Below, one piece after another: positions 40,661 through 54,276 of a stretch of DNA of 64,000 bases (positions are counted from its first letter, which is position 1; the number at the start of each line of letters is the position of its first letter). The stretch spans positions 103,044,001-103,108,000 of the forward strand of contig NC_086374.1 of assembly GCF_036588685.1 (NCBI RefSeq). The letters run 5' to 3'. Source of the DNA: Mytilus trossulus. Taxonomy: Eukaryota. Below the pieces are notes generated by a model, which was given only the letters and a program-made list of their open reading frames with translations, did no database searches and was not told where the DNA came from. The translations under genes and the position numbers were made by a program.

Positions 40661-41122
40661 ATATTATAATCACATATGACAGTACGAGTAGAGATTACTC
40701 CTATAAAGGTATATAATTTCAAGATATTAAATCTTATTAGATTTTATTATGGACAAGTATTTGCACAATTTTTAAGAAAACGTCTAGGCCTTTTAATCGC
40801 TAAATTTCAGACAAAAACTAGAATTTCAACGGTAAGTTATTATTGCGTGTCTACATTACCGTTACATTTCATATTTCTAAAAAAATTAAATCAACACTTT
40901 ATGGTTCTCATGCGTCCAAAGCGCTTGTTTTATAAGCATTCAATAGGAACGATAAAATTTGAATATTTGAAAACAAAGGATGCATAAGGACCGGAAAAGT
41001 GAAAGAGCTATTATATAAGCAAAATGAATCTAAATATTTAATAATAGCCAAAATCCATCTTTATTGAACTATGCCTGCGGGGGTTGAAACCTTTTTTTCC
41101 TAAAAATATCTAAATGTCTAAT

Positions 41123-41545
41123 TAGTTATCAAAATTACCAGGATTATAATTTAGTTCGCCAGACGCGCGTTTCGTCTACATAAGACTCATCAGTGACGCT
41201 CATATCAAAATATGTATAGAGCCAAAAAAATATGAAGTTGAAGAGCATTGAGGATCCAAAATTCCAAAAAAAATGGTGCCAAATACGGCTTAGTAATCTA
41301 TTCCTGGGATAAGAAAATCCTTTGTTTTTCGAAAATTTCAAAGATTTGCAATCGGGAAATTTATAAAAATGACCACATAATTGATATTCCTGTCAACACC
41401 GAAGTGTTGACTACTGGGCTGGTGAAACCAACGGGGACGAAACGTCCACCAGCAGTGGCATCGACCCAGTGGTGTAAATAGCTATAAAAAATACCAGGAT
41501 TATAATTTAGTACGCCAGACGCGCGTTTCATCTACATAAGACTCT
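41123..41545 (-). mobile_element. Non-LTR retrozyme, 356-nt monomer family; fragments also at ~1010-1290, 13068-13217, 22862-22960, 29530-29762, 37245-37320
   Basis: Direct repeat with period 356 (AGACGCGCG at 41161 and 41517) containing a hammerhead. Confidence 0.82.
41156..41199 (-). ncRNA. Minimal type I hammerhead ribozyme (intact core)
   Basis: Same as 22897-22940; truncated partner at ~41512-41544. Confidence 0.88.
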
Positions 41546-42258
41546 TAACCTGTATAATTTACTGCACATGATAAAAAAAAATACATATAACATTCACTGT
41601 TACAAGAAAAAGACTACATAAATCAGAATTCGGACACACACATATATGTTTGGATTTGAAAATGTAAAATCATACCTTCAGTTCCTGTTTGTACAAATGA
41701 TATTGTTGTAAACTTACGGCGCAAGTATCATTGCACATACAATGTTCTTTTTTGTCAATCCTATAGGTTACAACCCACGAGGTATATAATCACTATTATG
41801 CTTCTCATGTTCCTCTAGACAAGAAACACTAAGTCTCGTTTTTTTCTTCTGTACAATCGTAGAGAGTTCAATTCACGAGGTATAACCGACCTTTTCTTCG
41901 TCACAATCCTAAATAGTGCACTTGAGTCTAAATTTTTGAAGCAAAATGACGGCATTAAATTACATCGATTGGAGAAAACATTCAGTTTGAAATAAATTTA
42001 ATATATCAGAGCTCGCTTGGAACACAAATTTCTAAAATAAGAAAAAGCTCAGATTTTGAAAGTCATATTGTCGATGTTATGATCCAGCCAATTATATAGC
42101 TAGTCTGACTAAGCGTCACTGTTTCTCTGCAAAGCACGCGACATAATAAAGTACAAGCAAAAATTGTTTGACTCGGAGTCAGGATAATGTGTACAGGTAG
42201 ATTGACATGTCTTGTGAATTGTTACCTTGCGAATTAGCATGTTAAATAATCCGACTAA

Positions 42259-42834
42259 GGGCGCATTTCTTTCTAATACAAACGATGCAAACGACTAAGC
42301 GCGCACATGTTTTGATCATTTGTTTCAAACATACGTTTGACTCGTGATACATAAACTTTGACAAGCTATGCATTCGCTAAAAATGCGTCTACAGTTTGTC
42401 GTTCATCGTTTATAAGAACAAACGCTTTATTTGTTTCCAACTTCACTCTGATTAAACGATGTATTTGTTTCTACTTTTGTCGCTTTAAGAAAACAACAAC
42501 AAAAGTCACACAACGTTTACAAATTTTTAGTTAGAAAGAAATGCACTATTTTAGTTTTAATTAGAAAAACATGCACTCTTTTAGTTTTAGTTAAAATTTT
42601 GTAAAAACGTTGTGTGGCGTTTGTTGTTGTTTTCTAAACACTAAAAAGGTAAAAACAAACACATTGTTTAATCAGTGTTTACTGACCCTCTTTGAACTTT
42701 CAATAATGCATGCAACTGTTGTTGGTAGTTTGTCAAAGTTTATGTAAACTTTGCAAACGTCTGTTAGAAAAAAATGAGCAAAACATGTGCGCGCTTAGCC
42801 GTTTGCATCATTTGTGTTAGAAAGAAATGCACCC
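42259..42834. mobile_element. Foldback MITE (gggcgcatttctttctaa TIR) inserted in a decayed SINE (~42115-42865)
   Basis: Long imperfect inverted arms; flanks join into a sequence resembling a mollusc Meta-type SINE core (recalled, not searched). Confidence 0.65.
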
Positions 42835-44984
42835 TTTGTGTGCCAGTCTTATACAAAGCAGGGTTAATATTCTCGGCATTTAGGAGTCGGAGCAAATTAT
42901 GGTCGGTTTGTAGTAAGAATTTTGTGTTCAGGAAAAATTACATGTAGTCCTATACGGATGTTTAATTATAAATGAACAAGTTAAAACCCGGTTCATTTAA
43001 TTTGCCTCATCATCTTTTTTTATCCGTTTTACGTTTCAAGGCAATTGATGTTTAAGCTTCATTTACTGTTGACCTAGAACTACTGGAGAAAGGCTCCTCC
43101 AGAAAATCATGTTTTGAAACCAGAAAGAGAAAATTGTATGTTTATTTTACAGAAAAGTCAGTCTTTTTAAAGAAAGTTAAAGATAAACGGACATAATATC
43201 AGTTCAATACTTCTGTAAAATAGTTCGTTCCAAAAGCTTTCGTTTTTGTTTTTAAACATGTCAAATGTTTTAAAATGAATTTACTTGATAAACAAAAATT
43301 CAAAAGTGTGCATGCAGAAACGTGAAAGTCGTTTGATGTTTAGTTTTCAATTTTATAAGAATTTAACTGCCAAAAAAAAAACAATGTTTGCATGCATCTT
43401 GAAGAATGAATGTTTAATCAAAGATTATATATTTTAAATGTCGGATTAGGTTTTTATCTCGTATATTACATTGATAAATGAGCGTAAAACGACATTTCTT
43501 TCAGAGTAGTATGTTTAAAATCACGTATTAGATTTACCGACTAGGTAAGTGTTTTTTTCTATGTTTTACAAAAACGAATATATAGAATTAGAACGCCTGT
43601 ATGCAGAATTCTTGCAACATATTGTCATGAATATAATTAAAAAACATGATAAAAACTCAGAACAAAGTTTTTCGAACTCATTCTAAATTAAAAAAAAAAA
43701 CCAAACATTCCTCAACTTATACTTCCAACAATATTGCATAGCTGAAATTTTTTTTTGAATTGTTGTGTTTTTTATATTTTATTTTGTTTGTAATGAGACA
43801 TCAAAGTATTTTAGAGATTGCACGAACTTTCTTGCGTACTTTTATATTAGAATAAGAGTTTATAAGAAGTATAATATTATGTTATTAGAAGGTTAAGAAT
43901 AGTAAATAAAAGCTGATTTAGAGTTTTATGAAGAACATGCAACTATGTTTCAAACATCTTAAAGATTTTTTTTTTCATTTTGCATAATTCCAAAGCGCTC
44001 TTCTTCATTTGCCATACTTTAAAATATCCCCCCCCCTAATTAATTTCTCATATATTCCTTTATGTCGAAAATTACTGGACGACGCAAAATCACATTAGAC
44101 TAATATGCTCTACAAGTGAAGGTATGCTCCACATTTATTTACATTGATAGAGAAACATCTATTTTAGATAAAATTAAGAATAAAAATAAAGAATATGTCA
44201 AAGAGACAACTCGACCAAATAACAATTTATTTTGAGGCAAAAAAAATGAAGACTATATTCCATCATCATTGTCATTTTCAGACAATCTAAGCTAATACAC
44301 ATCGGCTTCTAAGAGATACTCCTTGTCCGTCGTTGGTTTCGTACACAGTATATGTTCTTTTTCAAACAAAGATGAAGAATTTGATCTTTCTTCACTTTTC
44401 TTAAAAACAAACTCACACAAGTGTACTTGCATGTTTCTTATGTTGTACTGTAATACCCCTATCCAAGGTATGGGGAGGGTTGGAATCCCGCTAACATGTT
44501 TATCCTCGCCCCATTATCTATGTATGTTCCTGTCCAAAGTCAGGAACCTGTAAATCAGTGGTTGTCGTTTGTTTATGTTTTCTCGTTTAAATTGGTTTAC
44601 ATTGTCATTTCGGGGCCTGTTATAGCTTACTATGCGGTATGTGTTCTGCTCATTGCTGAAGGCCGTCCGTTGACCTATCGTTATTAATTTCTGTGTCATT
44701 TTGGTATCTTGTGGAGAGCTAACTTCTTGGCAATCATACCACATCTTCTATTTTATATTTACAAACAAATATATATAGTTTGCAGGGTATGTTAAGTGAT
44801 TCACAAAACCTCTTTCCGAACTTTTAACATTAAATGTTTCAGAAAATTACAGCCAATTGCAGGGTTAATGTAAAACTACATACTCTAGAGGATGTATTAA
44901 TCTGATGTGGATACTCAGATTTAACAATTGAAAGATATCTAAGAGAACGTACCATCCAAGTGTATTCTATCTTGCAATAACACT

Positions 44985-45365
44985 TGATTTCGATAACCTT
45001 CAAAACAAGTAGACCACAATAGAAACTAATAGACAGATTAAAAAATATTGTCCCTCTTTATTTCACAAAAAAACCATCGTAGATACACATATCTTTTTTG
45101 AGGAAGAGATAAATCATACTTAATACCAAATACTGTGATTCAAACAAAAAAAATATCTGAAAAGTAAACTATCAAGATGGTTGATGTCCTTTTTGATACA
45201 AATCACTTTTTTAGCGTGTGGAAGACCATTTTTCTATTACCAAATTCGGTATTCATATGGGAACGGAGTGGGGTCATCTTCTTGATTTAGATCATACAAG
45301 GCATACTTCATTCATGAGCTCAGGGAGTAGAACTATATGATATATGTATGATGTTTTTCACTAAA
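44985..45365 (+). mobile_element. Highly decayed Penelope-like RT fragment
   Basis: ggtattcatatgggaacg = GIHMGT (GIPMGT-type motif); upstream residual similarity. Confidence 0.5.
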
Positions 45366-47774
45366 TCTTGATTTGAATGTTTTGTATTGTCAAATCTTTA
45401 AGTAAGATGGATACATATGTAATAGAAACTTCCAGATTAAAATCATGCTCATTTTTGCACCAATTTTACCACGCACAGGGAGACAATGTTAAATGATGAT
45501 GTCAAACTTGTTGAAATAATGAAATGTTCTGATATTCAAAAATGTTTAAGCAAATGTTTACATAAGAGTTTTATGAGACGAAAATTATTTTCTTAATTAT
45601 TACTAATAACATACTAGTTGTAAAAGTCTATTTTATAATTTTAAAGTCACTGCGATTAATTTTTTATAAGATAATTAAATATGTAATCGTTATTATTTAG
45701 ATGAAATTATTTTAAAACGTAGAATATATATTTTATTCTTTTTAACTTATTTCCATACTTTTTTTTTACCAATATTCATTTCGGATTTTATTTTTTTGCT
45801 CAAGTATATATGCTTTTAAATGCATAAACACGTTTTAACTTTTTTGATGATAATTTTATGAATTTTACCGTTAAACTATATTAATAATGTATATAACATG
45901 TGTTAAGTGTCTCATAAGTCAAATTTATGACTGGGTATTGATTGTTTTATTGTATACTGTGATTTGTAAATATTGTCAATCAATATGTGACACTATAATA
46001 AAATATATATTTATTTATTTATTTATCAAGACAAAAATAAAGTTAGATTGAGTGCTGTTTGATGGGAAATACTTTGGATGAAGAAAAAGGTATGAACACC
46101 AATAAAACAATTATAACAAATGAAGCTAAAGCTTTAAACTGCAGAACATATGTAAAAGATCACTGAACGAACATTTCTTTAAAGGTAGAACAAAACCCGA
46201 TTTGGTAAAAAAAAATATTTTAACATAGAACGCTTTGGTTCTCTTCACATTTTACCGTTGTTCTCGTTTGATCATTCACATATCTCTGTAGTGCATAAAC
46301 CTTTCTTGCACAAAATTTATGTTTCTATTATGTGAATCAGGTACTGTATATCATTCATGATTATCAGATCATAACTGCTTATCTTTCTCAAATTATTCAT
46401 GTTACTGTTTTCATTCCCATTTTATAGGACCTGTTTGAACATGGACTTGCAATATTTGACCCGACCCCAATCCTAACTGTATATACATCCTTAGATTTTT
46501 CTTGATCTTTCAGTTATGTTTGGTCCATGATGAAGGCCTTACTATGACTGTGGAATGAAAACCCGCACTAATGCGATGAAAATCTGGTTCATACATGTAT
46601 ATAGCAAGTGTGCTTATCGATCTTATGTTTTGAACTTATGCATCCGTTTATTCCATTATGATTATTATGGGGATATTACTTTGATAATATTTTTTTTCTT
46701 CTTAAAAATGGTAACCAATAATCTGAAGTATTAAAAGGTGTCTATGTGCAGTGTCTAACGTGTCTATCGCTTTAGTTGAATCAATGCTAAATATAAGATA
46801 TCTAAGGATTTATCAAGTTTAATGAAATGTAAGTTTAACCGTTATCAGCAATGTTATATAAGATCGATACATATTTTAAATAATCAATATTTTTGCTATA
46901 TATATTTTAAAGACTTCCTGGTTGATAAAATTGATAAGTGTTGTGTGACCAAAATCGCTTAGATAAACTAGAGTGTCGGTTTGACATAACTCTTTGATAA
47001 ATTATTACTTATCGAATACTTTATGAATGTAAAGGTTAAGGTATCAAGATTGTTATCTCCTTGACCGAAATGTTTACCACGTTTTGTAATTTTCGTAAAT
47101 GGGAACAGGATTTAATTCACTATTAATGTCATTTTAAGGTATTCCCTCAATCTTCTTTGAGTTAAAATACTCTGTATTATATTTGAAAACAACACTATAT
47201 AAATTTGGTGCTATGTCATATATTCATAAAAAGAAAAGAATAATTCCGTCTAAAATCAAGATTTCCAGACCGTTTATCATTTACACTTATGCAAAAGCTG
47301 ATGTGACCTGTCACACCGTTTTCTATCTGTCGTTTCAAAGCATTCATGATAAATAACAAGGATCTTGTTTCTCGTTTCTTTGTTCTTTAACTTTCTCTTA
47401 CTTTCATGCCATTGTTCTCTGTCTTGGTATCTATGATATGATAATTTCCTGTTAAGGCTTAATGTTCACCAATAATATCTTCTCTTCATTTTTAAGCACC
47501 TCTATCTTTATTGTTTGCCGATTTTTCTTTTTTTTTTATGCCCATTCTCAATTCTTTTTTTTGGGGTTGTTTACAATTGACCTGTATACATTGGTGACAT
47601 TGCCCAAACTATACAACAGCTAAACTCACACACTTTATATGTTGCCAAGGAGAAAAAAAAACAGCCTTTAAATTAAACGGATACACTACAAACTCCCTCT
47701 CGGACAAAATGATTTAAAATACATAATCAAAGAAAACCACTCTCGAATTCGAGGTAGCTGCCCAGAACTGGAAC

Positions 47775-48975
47775 ATGACTATGTAGCTCGAGGTTCATGT
47801 CTTTAGACATTGTCATGAGCATGGAGCTCTAATGACTATAAAGCTCGAGGTTCATGTCTTTAGACATTGGCTTGAGCATGGAGCTCTAATGACTATGTAG
47901 CTCGAGGGAAATGTCTTTAGACATTGGCTTAGCATGGAGCTTTAAAGACTATGTAGCACGAGGTTCATGTCTTCAGACATTGGCTTGAACATGGAGCTCT
48001 AATGACTATGTAGCTCGAGATTAATGTCTTTAGACATTGGCTTGAGCATGGAGCCCTTATGACTATGTAGCTCGAGGTTCATGTCTTTATACATTGGCTT
48101 GAGCATGGAGCTCTATTGACTATGTAGCTCGAGGTTCATGTCTTTATACATTGGCTTGAGCATGGAGCTCTAATGACTATGTAGCTCGAGGTTCATGTCT
48201 TCAGACATTGGCTTGATCATGGAGCTCTAATGACTATGTAGCTCGAGGTTCATGTCTTTATACATTGGCTTGAGCATGGAGCTCTAATGACTATGTAGCT
48301 CGAGGTTCATGTCTTTATACATTGGCTTGAGCATGGAGCTCTAATGACTATGTAGCTCGAGGTTCATGTCTTTATACATTGGCTTGAGCATGGAGCTCTA
48401 AAGACTATGTAGCTCGAGGTTCATGTCTTTATACATTGGCTTGAGAATGGAGCACTACTGACTATGTAGCTCGAGGTTAATGTCTTTATATATTGGCTTG
48501 AGCATGGAGCCCTAATGACTATGTAGGTCGAGGTTCATGTCTTTATACATTGGCTTGAGCATGGAGCTCTAATGACTATGTAGCTCGAGGTTAATGTCTT
48601 TGTACATTGGCTTGAGCATGGAGCCCTAATGACTATGTAGCTCGAGCTTCATGGTTTATACATTGGCTTGAGCATGGAGCTCTAATGACTATGTAGCTCG
48701 AGGTTCATGTCTTTATACATTGGCTTGAGCATGGAGCTCTAATGACTATGTAGCTCGAGGTTAATGTCTTTGTACATTGGCTTGAGCATGGAGCCCTAAT
48801 GACTATGTAGCTCGAGCTTCATGGTTTATACATTGGCTTGAGCATGGAGCTCTAATGACTATGTAGCTCGAGGTTCATGTCTTTATACATTGGCTTGAGC
48901 ATGGAGCTCTAAAGACTAAAGACTATGTAGCTCGAGGTTCATGTCTTTAGACATTGGCTTGAGCATTGAGCTTTA
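47775..48975. repeat. 57-bp minisatellite, ~21 copies
   Basis: Unit atgactatgtagctcgaggttcatgtctttatacattggcttgagcatggagctcta (e.g. starts at 48230 and 48287). Confidence 0.95.
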
Positions 48976-50466
48976 ATGTTATCGACTTTAGACAGGAACA
49001 TGACCACTGAGTTCGAGATTCAGGAATATGAACTTGGAGCTCCAGGTTCTTGACTTTGGACAGAAACATGAACTTGTAGCTTGACGTTTGTCTTTGGACA
49101 GGACATAAACATGAGCTCTGAGTTCCTGTCTTGGAACAGGAAATTGATCTAAAAGCTCAAGGTTGTTAACTTTGGACAGGAACGTGAATATATTAAGCAT
49201 GTCTCAGTTTTTAAAGAGAGAAAAAGAGTGAACCGCTTTTTTTTTTTAAATTAATCTTTAAAGCGAGCAATATTACAATACCCCTAATAAAACATCGACT
49301 AAATAAATACTTGAAGGGTTACATACATGTCGGTATGAAATTTTATGATTTATATCATACATTAAATGCTCTTATCAAATATATTTTCGTATATCGCTAC
49401 CGTAATGCATGAGTTTTTAAAATGACAGTGAATAGTTAAGATATTTAAGGTTGTGTTATAAAACAATTTTACATCAATATCGTAGATTATCTGGAAAAAC
49501 GAGATAAAGTTAAAACACTTTAAACAGATTGAAAATATTATAACTGAATTCTTGGATAAGCATATAAGGAAGTAGAAAATCCGAAACTCGCAAACGAGGA
49601 AAAAAGTCCAAAATATCTATTCTTTGCAACAGTTGGTGAACTTTTTATTTTCAATCATACCTAATTTAAGTGACGGTAAGTGCTATATTTCTTTAATATT
49701 CATTTTTTAGTCTTAGAAATATCATGTTTTTGAAACATTTCAATTTGCCATTGTTATTTATGTGCATTATCAAAAATCTGGCTGTTGCATAATATATCAT
49801 ACATGTAATAGGAATTATTTGCCTTTTCCAAGAATATAAAGATAGAAAATATATTCATAAATTGCTTTGAATTTATTTTTTAAAACAATTTTTAAAAACT
49901 TCATCTCCAAAGCTAGTCTAGTAACCGCTCGGCTCTGTCTATCATTTCATTATTCTCACGTCTGTCCAAAAGGCCTATTGTAGAAACTTTCGTCAAAGTT
50001 GTCCCCGGCTTCTATGAATTGAATACTGATACAAGTCAATGAACGCGTACACTTATTGGCAATCATACCGAATCTTCTTTTTTATGTAATTGCCGTGTGA
50101 ATTTGCTCTAGGAAAAATCTATAGTTTCCAACCCGGATAAGTTTCATGAGTACAAATGTATGTTGTGTTCAAACTATAAATCTGACTCACGTTTACTTCT
50201 GCTTCAGAACTAAACTGTACTTTGATGGAATTGTTGGATATTGAAAGTGAAATGATCGATATATTCATTGGCGGTGTGCATGATCCAATTTGAGGAGATG
50301 ACGACATTTAAATTTCTTTTGAAGAACCATGGTACATGTAAGTTTTCCAAATTAAAAAAAAATAATCCTGTTTTTAAAATGCATTTTAGACTCGACTGTG
50401 ATTTTTTCGTATTACTAATAACTTGATGTTCAGATTTTGTTTATCTCCTTTTGTTAGGTCATACGT

Positions 50467-51144
50467 GAGGATCTGGAATGGGGTGGGGGGGGGGGGGGTC
50501 TGTTAATCTGTGAACATTTAATTTACACGCATTTTTTCTCTAATCTTCAAAAAATTAACCCCTTTTTTTCTCTTATCTTCATTTTTTTGCACGTTATTCT
50601 CTAATCCTCATTTCAAGGGCATTATTCTTTTATCATTTAACCCCGTCCAAACCCTCATACGTACCCCATCAGTACTAAACGATTCACCAAAGTATTTACA
50701 TTCCGTAGAATGGAGGCAGAAGAGGTATGAAAATCTTTCTGTAAAGAAGCAAAAATTAAAGTACTTTTGGTCAATTTGTATACAGAGAATATTGGATCTT
50801 ACTGAACTCCAATTTGTATGTATATGCACCATGATTTTAAATAGATTTCTTAATTTCGAGGCGTGACATACCGCGTATTCAGCAAAGTTTTTATTCTGTA
50901 TTGTTTCGAATGAACGACATTATGTTTCACTCATGCTGTCCCTATTATGAGGGTCTGGATTGGCGTTTCTTCATTATTTTCTTCTTTATTTTTTTGATAC
51001 TTTTTTCCCTATTGTTTATATTTTTTTCCCCCAATATTCTATACTCTTAATATTTGAGCTCCTCATTATTCTCCCTTTTTTTTGCAATTATTTCTGTACA
51101 TTTGGGTCATTATTATCTTTTTTATAAACCCCATACAAACCCTC
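50467..51144. mobile_element. Two ~190-bp MITEs with GAG...CTC termini (50467-50656, ~50949-51144)
   Basis: TIR gagggtctggat / (a)tccaaaccctc; first copy flanked by an ATACGT duplication. Confidence 0.55.
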
Positions 51145-52594
51145 ATATTTTTAATATGACATTGTGAGTCGACAATCACTTAAAATAAGACATTTATATC
51201 AACAATTTTAAATTTATATCTCAGTAAGTTATATTTCAAATCCATAAAACAATATTTGAGAACAGGTAAAGATAAATGTTTATTTTGTGGACCACGTGGG
51301 TAGTAATGGTACAGAACTATATGGCTATCAAGATTTGTCGTACCTGCTATTGCGAGATCAATACCGATGCAGGGCGTCTGTCGGTCTCGTTCTCCTATCA
51401 ATTGATGTAATAACACTGTTGTCTGTACTATGGTCGGGTTGTTGTCTCTTTGACACAAGCCCCATTTCCATTTTCAATTTTATTTTTACTGTACAACAAT
51501 TCTGGCCACACAACCAACCCTCATTAAATAAGCATGAGAGATACGGCAATAGAGCATAGTAAACGATCACTCAAAAAGCATAGTTTCAGGTTAGGGGAGG
51601 GTTGGGATCCTGCTAACATGTATAACCGATCCGGCTAACTTGTTTAACACCGCGACATTATTTATGTATGTGCCTGTCCCATGTCAGGAGCCTGTAATTC
51701 AGTGGTTGTCGTTTGTGTATGTGTTTTTATTTTTTTCGTTCATTTTTTATATAAATAAGGCCGTAAGTTTTCTGGTTTGCATTGTTTTACATTATTATAT
51801 CGGGGCCTTTTGTAGCTGACTATGCGCTATGGGTTTTGCTCATTGTTGAAAGCCGTACGATGATCTATAGTTGTTTTAAATGTCTGTATCATTTTGGTCT
51901 CTTGTGGACAGTTGTCTCATTCGCAATCGTACCACATCCTCTTTTTTATAGTTATTTTCTCATAAATCTGTAATTTTCTTAATTTTTTTGTTAAATAATA
52001 ACCGATATTATAGAAAAATATAGAAAAAGAAACAATCAATGAACCTTTAACAATCGTTGCCTGGCAATTATTTGAAATCTTTAAATGAAATTTCACCTAT
52101 AACTGTTTATGATCGTTAATCTTTGCAGATTGAATTACAGGGATCTGTAAGAGAAAAGAAAACATGGTAAGCAAATAAAACTTTAAAAAAAACGACAGGT
52201 GTACATCAATAAGTAAATACATATATTGTAAAACACTTTACCTAACATGTATTGTATAATTTTCTAATGTAATAGTACGAAAACAATATGACAATGTATA
52301 GCGAAATATACAGAGAACTGGCTTGCAGTTTATTTAATTTTTAAGTAGAGTTATTGAGAAAGAATTATTCAGTATTATTTACCTGTAATCTTAAGTTTGT
52401 AGGTGTATTCCCAGCACCGTCAGATACACACGGAGGACCAGAATAAATTTTTCCATTGTGAAGATCATGGACACTATCCATCCTTGCTAATTGAGCAATT
52501 TTTTCTTTTGGTACGTTACGACTCAATAGTTAAAACTTAAATTCTTTAGTATGTTGAAACGTTCATTGAATTTAGTGATTGGTTAACGTCACAA

Positions 52595-52744
52595 ATTACA
52601 AACTTAATACAAACTTATTACAAACTTAATACAAGCTTATTTATTACAAGCTTATTTATTACAATCTTATTTATTACAAGCTAATTACAAGCTTATTGCA
52701 AACTTATTACAAACTTATTACAAACTTATTACAAGCTTATTACT
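52595..52744. repeat. 11-15-bp tandem repeat (ttacaa[a/g]ctta)n
   Basis: Directly visible. Confidence 0.85.
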
Positions 52745-53177
52745 TTTTCGCCAAAGTCGTCAATTCTACGAAAGATTTCAATACATATGATTTCACACTG
52801 CTTTTTTTCAGTTGTACAAGATTGCTCACCACAAATTTTTAAAATCAAAACTTTTTCTTCTAAATATTCAATTATTATTGAATAGTCATACACCATTTGC
52901 TATTATAAAATGAAATATAGAGTATTAACAGATATGTTTTGGAAAAAAACACCAGTAAAAGTCTAGAAAGATGTCAAAGATCAATAGCATACAGAAGAAG
53001 CTAACAAATAAGATTAGGAACTACAGGCGAATAAGTCGTATACACATTTGCAGTACTTGTTTTCACACAATTCAGGGAATAGACGAATGAGACACATCAG
53101 GAAACCTTCATTTGTGGAAAAAAGCAAGATTTTGTTGTAATATAAACACTTTTAAATGATTTTTTTTATACTTCCAG

Positions 53178-53363
53178 TTGACAGCAATGAATTCAGTAAA
53201 TCAACATTTCGTGAGTAGGTGTTGAATAAGGTTTACGTTAAAAGTCAAAGTATGTAAGTATTAAAGTATTTACATTTATATCTCCAAAGTAAGTATTAGA
53301 GTTTGCAGATTTATTATTTCAGATGCTTTTTCGTTTTAGATGCTTCTTTATTTCAGGTTGAAG
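53178..53363 (+). CDS. Tentative start/signal-peptide exons of gene 2 (53178-53210 and 53309-53363; MNSVNQHFIYYFRCFFVLDASLFQVE)
   Basis: Splice-compatible and phase-compatible with 53974; hydrophobic core is imperfect. Confidence 0.3.
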
Positions 53364-53973
53364 GTAAGTTTGCTTTGTAGGATAGTAGCACGTTTGTTGC
53401 TTATGTTGCTTTCATAGCAAACATGCATCATGCAGTTTATCAGAAAGGTTAAATTTTCGTTAAAGATTGAATTACAAAATGAGGTTTTACTCGTTAAAAA
53501 AATCTGCTCTATCGTTTATCGTGTATCGTGACTTAAAAAGTGAATAAATGGTCATTTTTTTTAGGGAAAACTATTCATTTCAGCGTTTCAGAATCCAAGC
53601 ATTTCGAATAATATTTTCAAAGCGCCCAGAAAAATGTGTTTGGTTTATTTGGTTTACATGGTGAACAATCGATAGTCGAACAATCGTGTAACATCTTTTA
53701 TAATTTAGGTGAATGAACTCTGAAATTATCGACCCTGAAACTACGAATTTCCATTAAAACAGTATGTATTTCTTATCCGAATCGGTTGTATTTGACCTAA
53801 GGTTTATTTTGTAGTATTTTATTTTAAATCCTAGCATCAACGCAATTTCAAACTCAATAAGCTGTTTGATGGTTATGTACAGAGTATAAATGCACTTTTA
53901 TTAAAACTTAAGAAAACAACTTTATGTGTAAGTTAATATTACAACTCTGCTTCTCCACGCCATTTCATTACAG

Positions 53974-54276
53974 AAAATACAACTACAGAGGAGCCGTTAA
54001 CTACCCCTCAATATGAAACTTCAACAGAACAAACAACAGAACCGTCGACTACGAGAGGAAAAACAACAACACCACCACCTGTTCCTTCCCCTACACCCTG
54101 TATTGGTGGCGGATTAAACAGAACTGATGCCAAACTTGACGAGGAATGCGGTACACACGGGCAAGATGCTAAATGTATAGTTTCAAACAGTGCATGTACT
54201 GAAACATCTGTAGCTAGCACTTGGAGATGCTTATGTGTCAAGGGATATGCTAAGAACAGTACGTCATGTCTGAAAT
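53974..54276 (+). CDS. Gene 2 exon: Thr/Pro-rich stretch + EB/EGF-like Cys module
   Basis: NTTTEEPLTT...TTTPPPVPSPTP, then AKLDEEC...CIVSNSAC...CLCVKGY...SC; phase 1-1. Confidence 0.8.

Noticed and set aside
46062-46089. First exon MGNTLDEEK|gt
   Set aside because: No in-frame downstream exon found; the next acceptor gives an immediate stop
47775-48975. CRISPR array or coding repeat (57 bp = 19 codons)
   Set aside because: No unique spacers, no cas genes, eukaryotic context; the consensus unit has stops in all six frames
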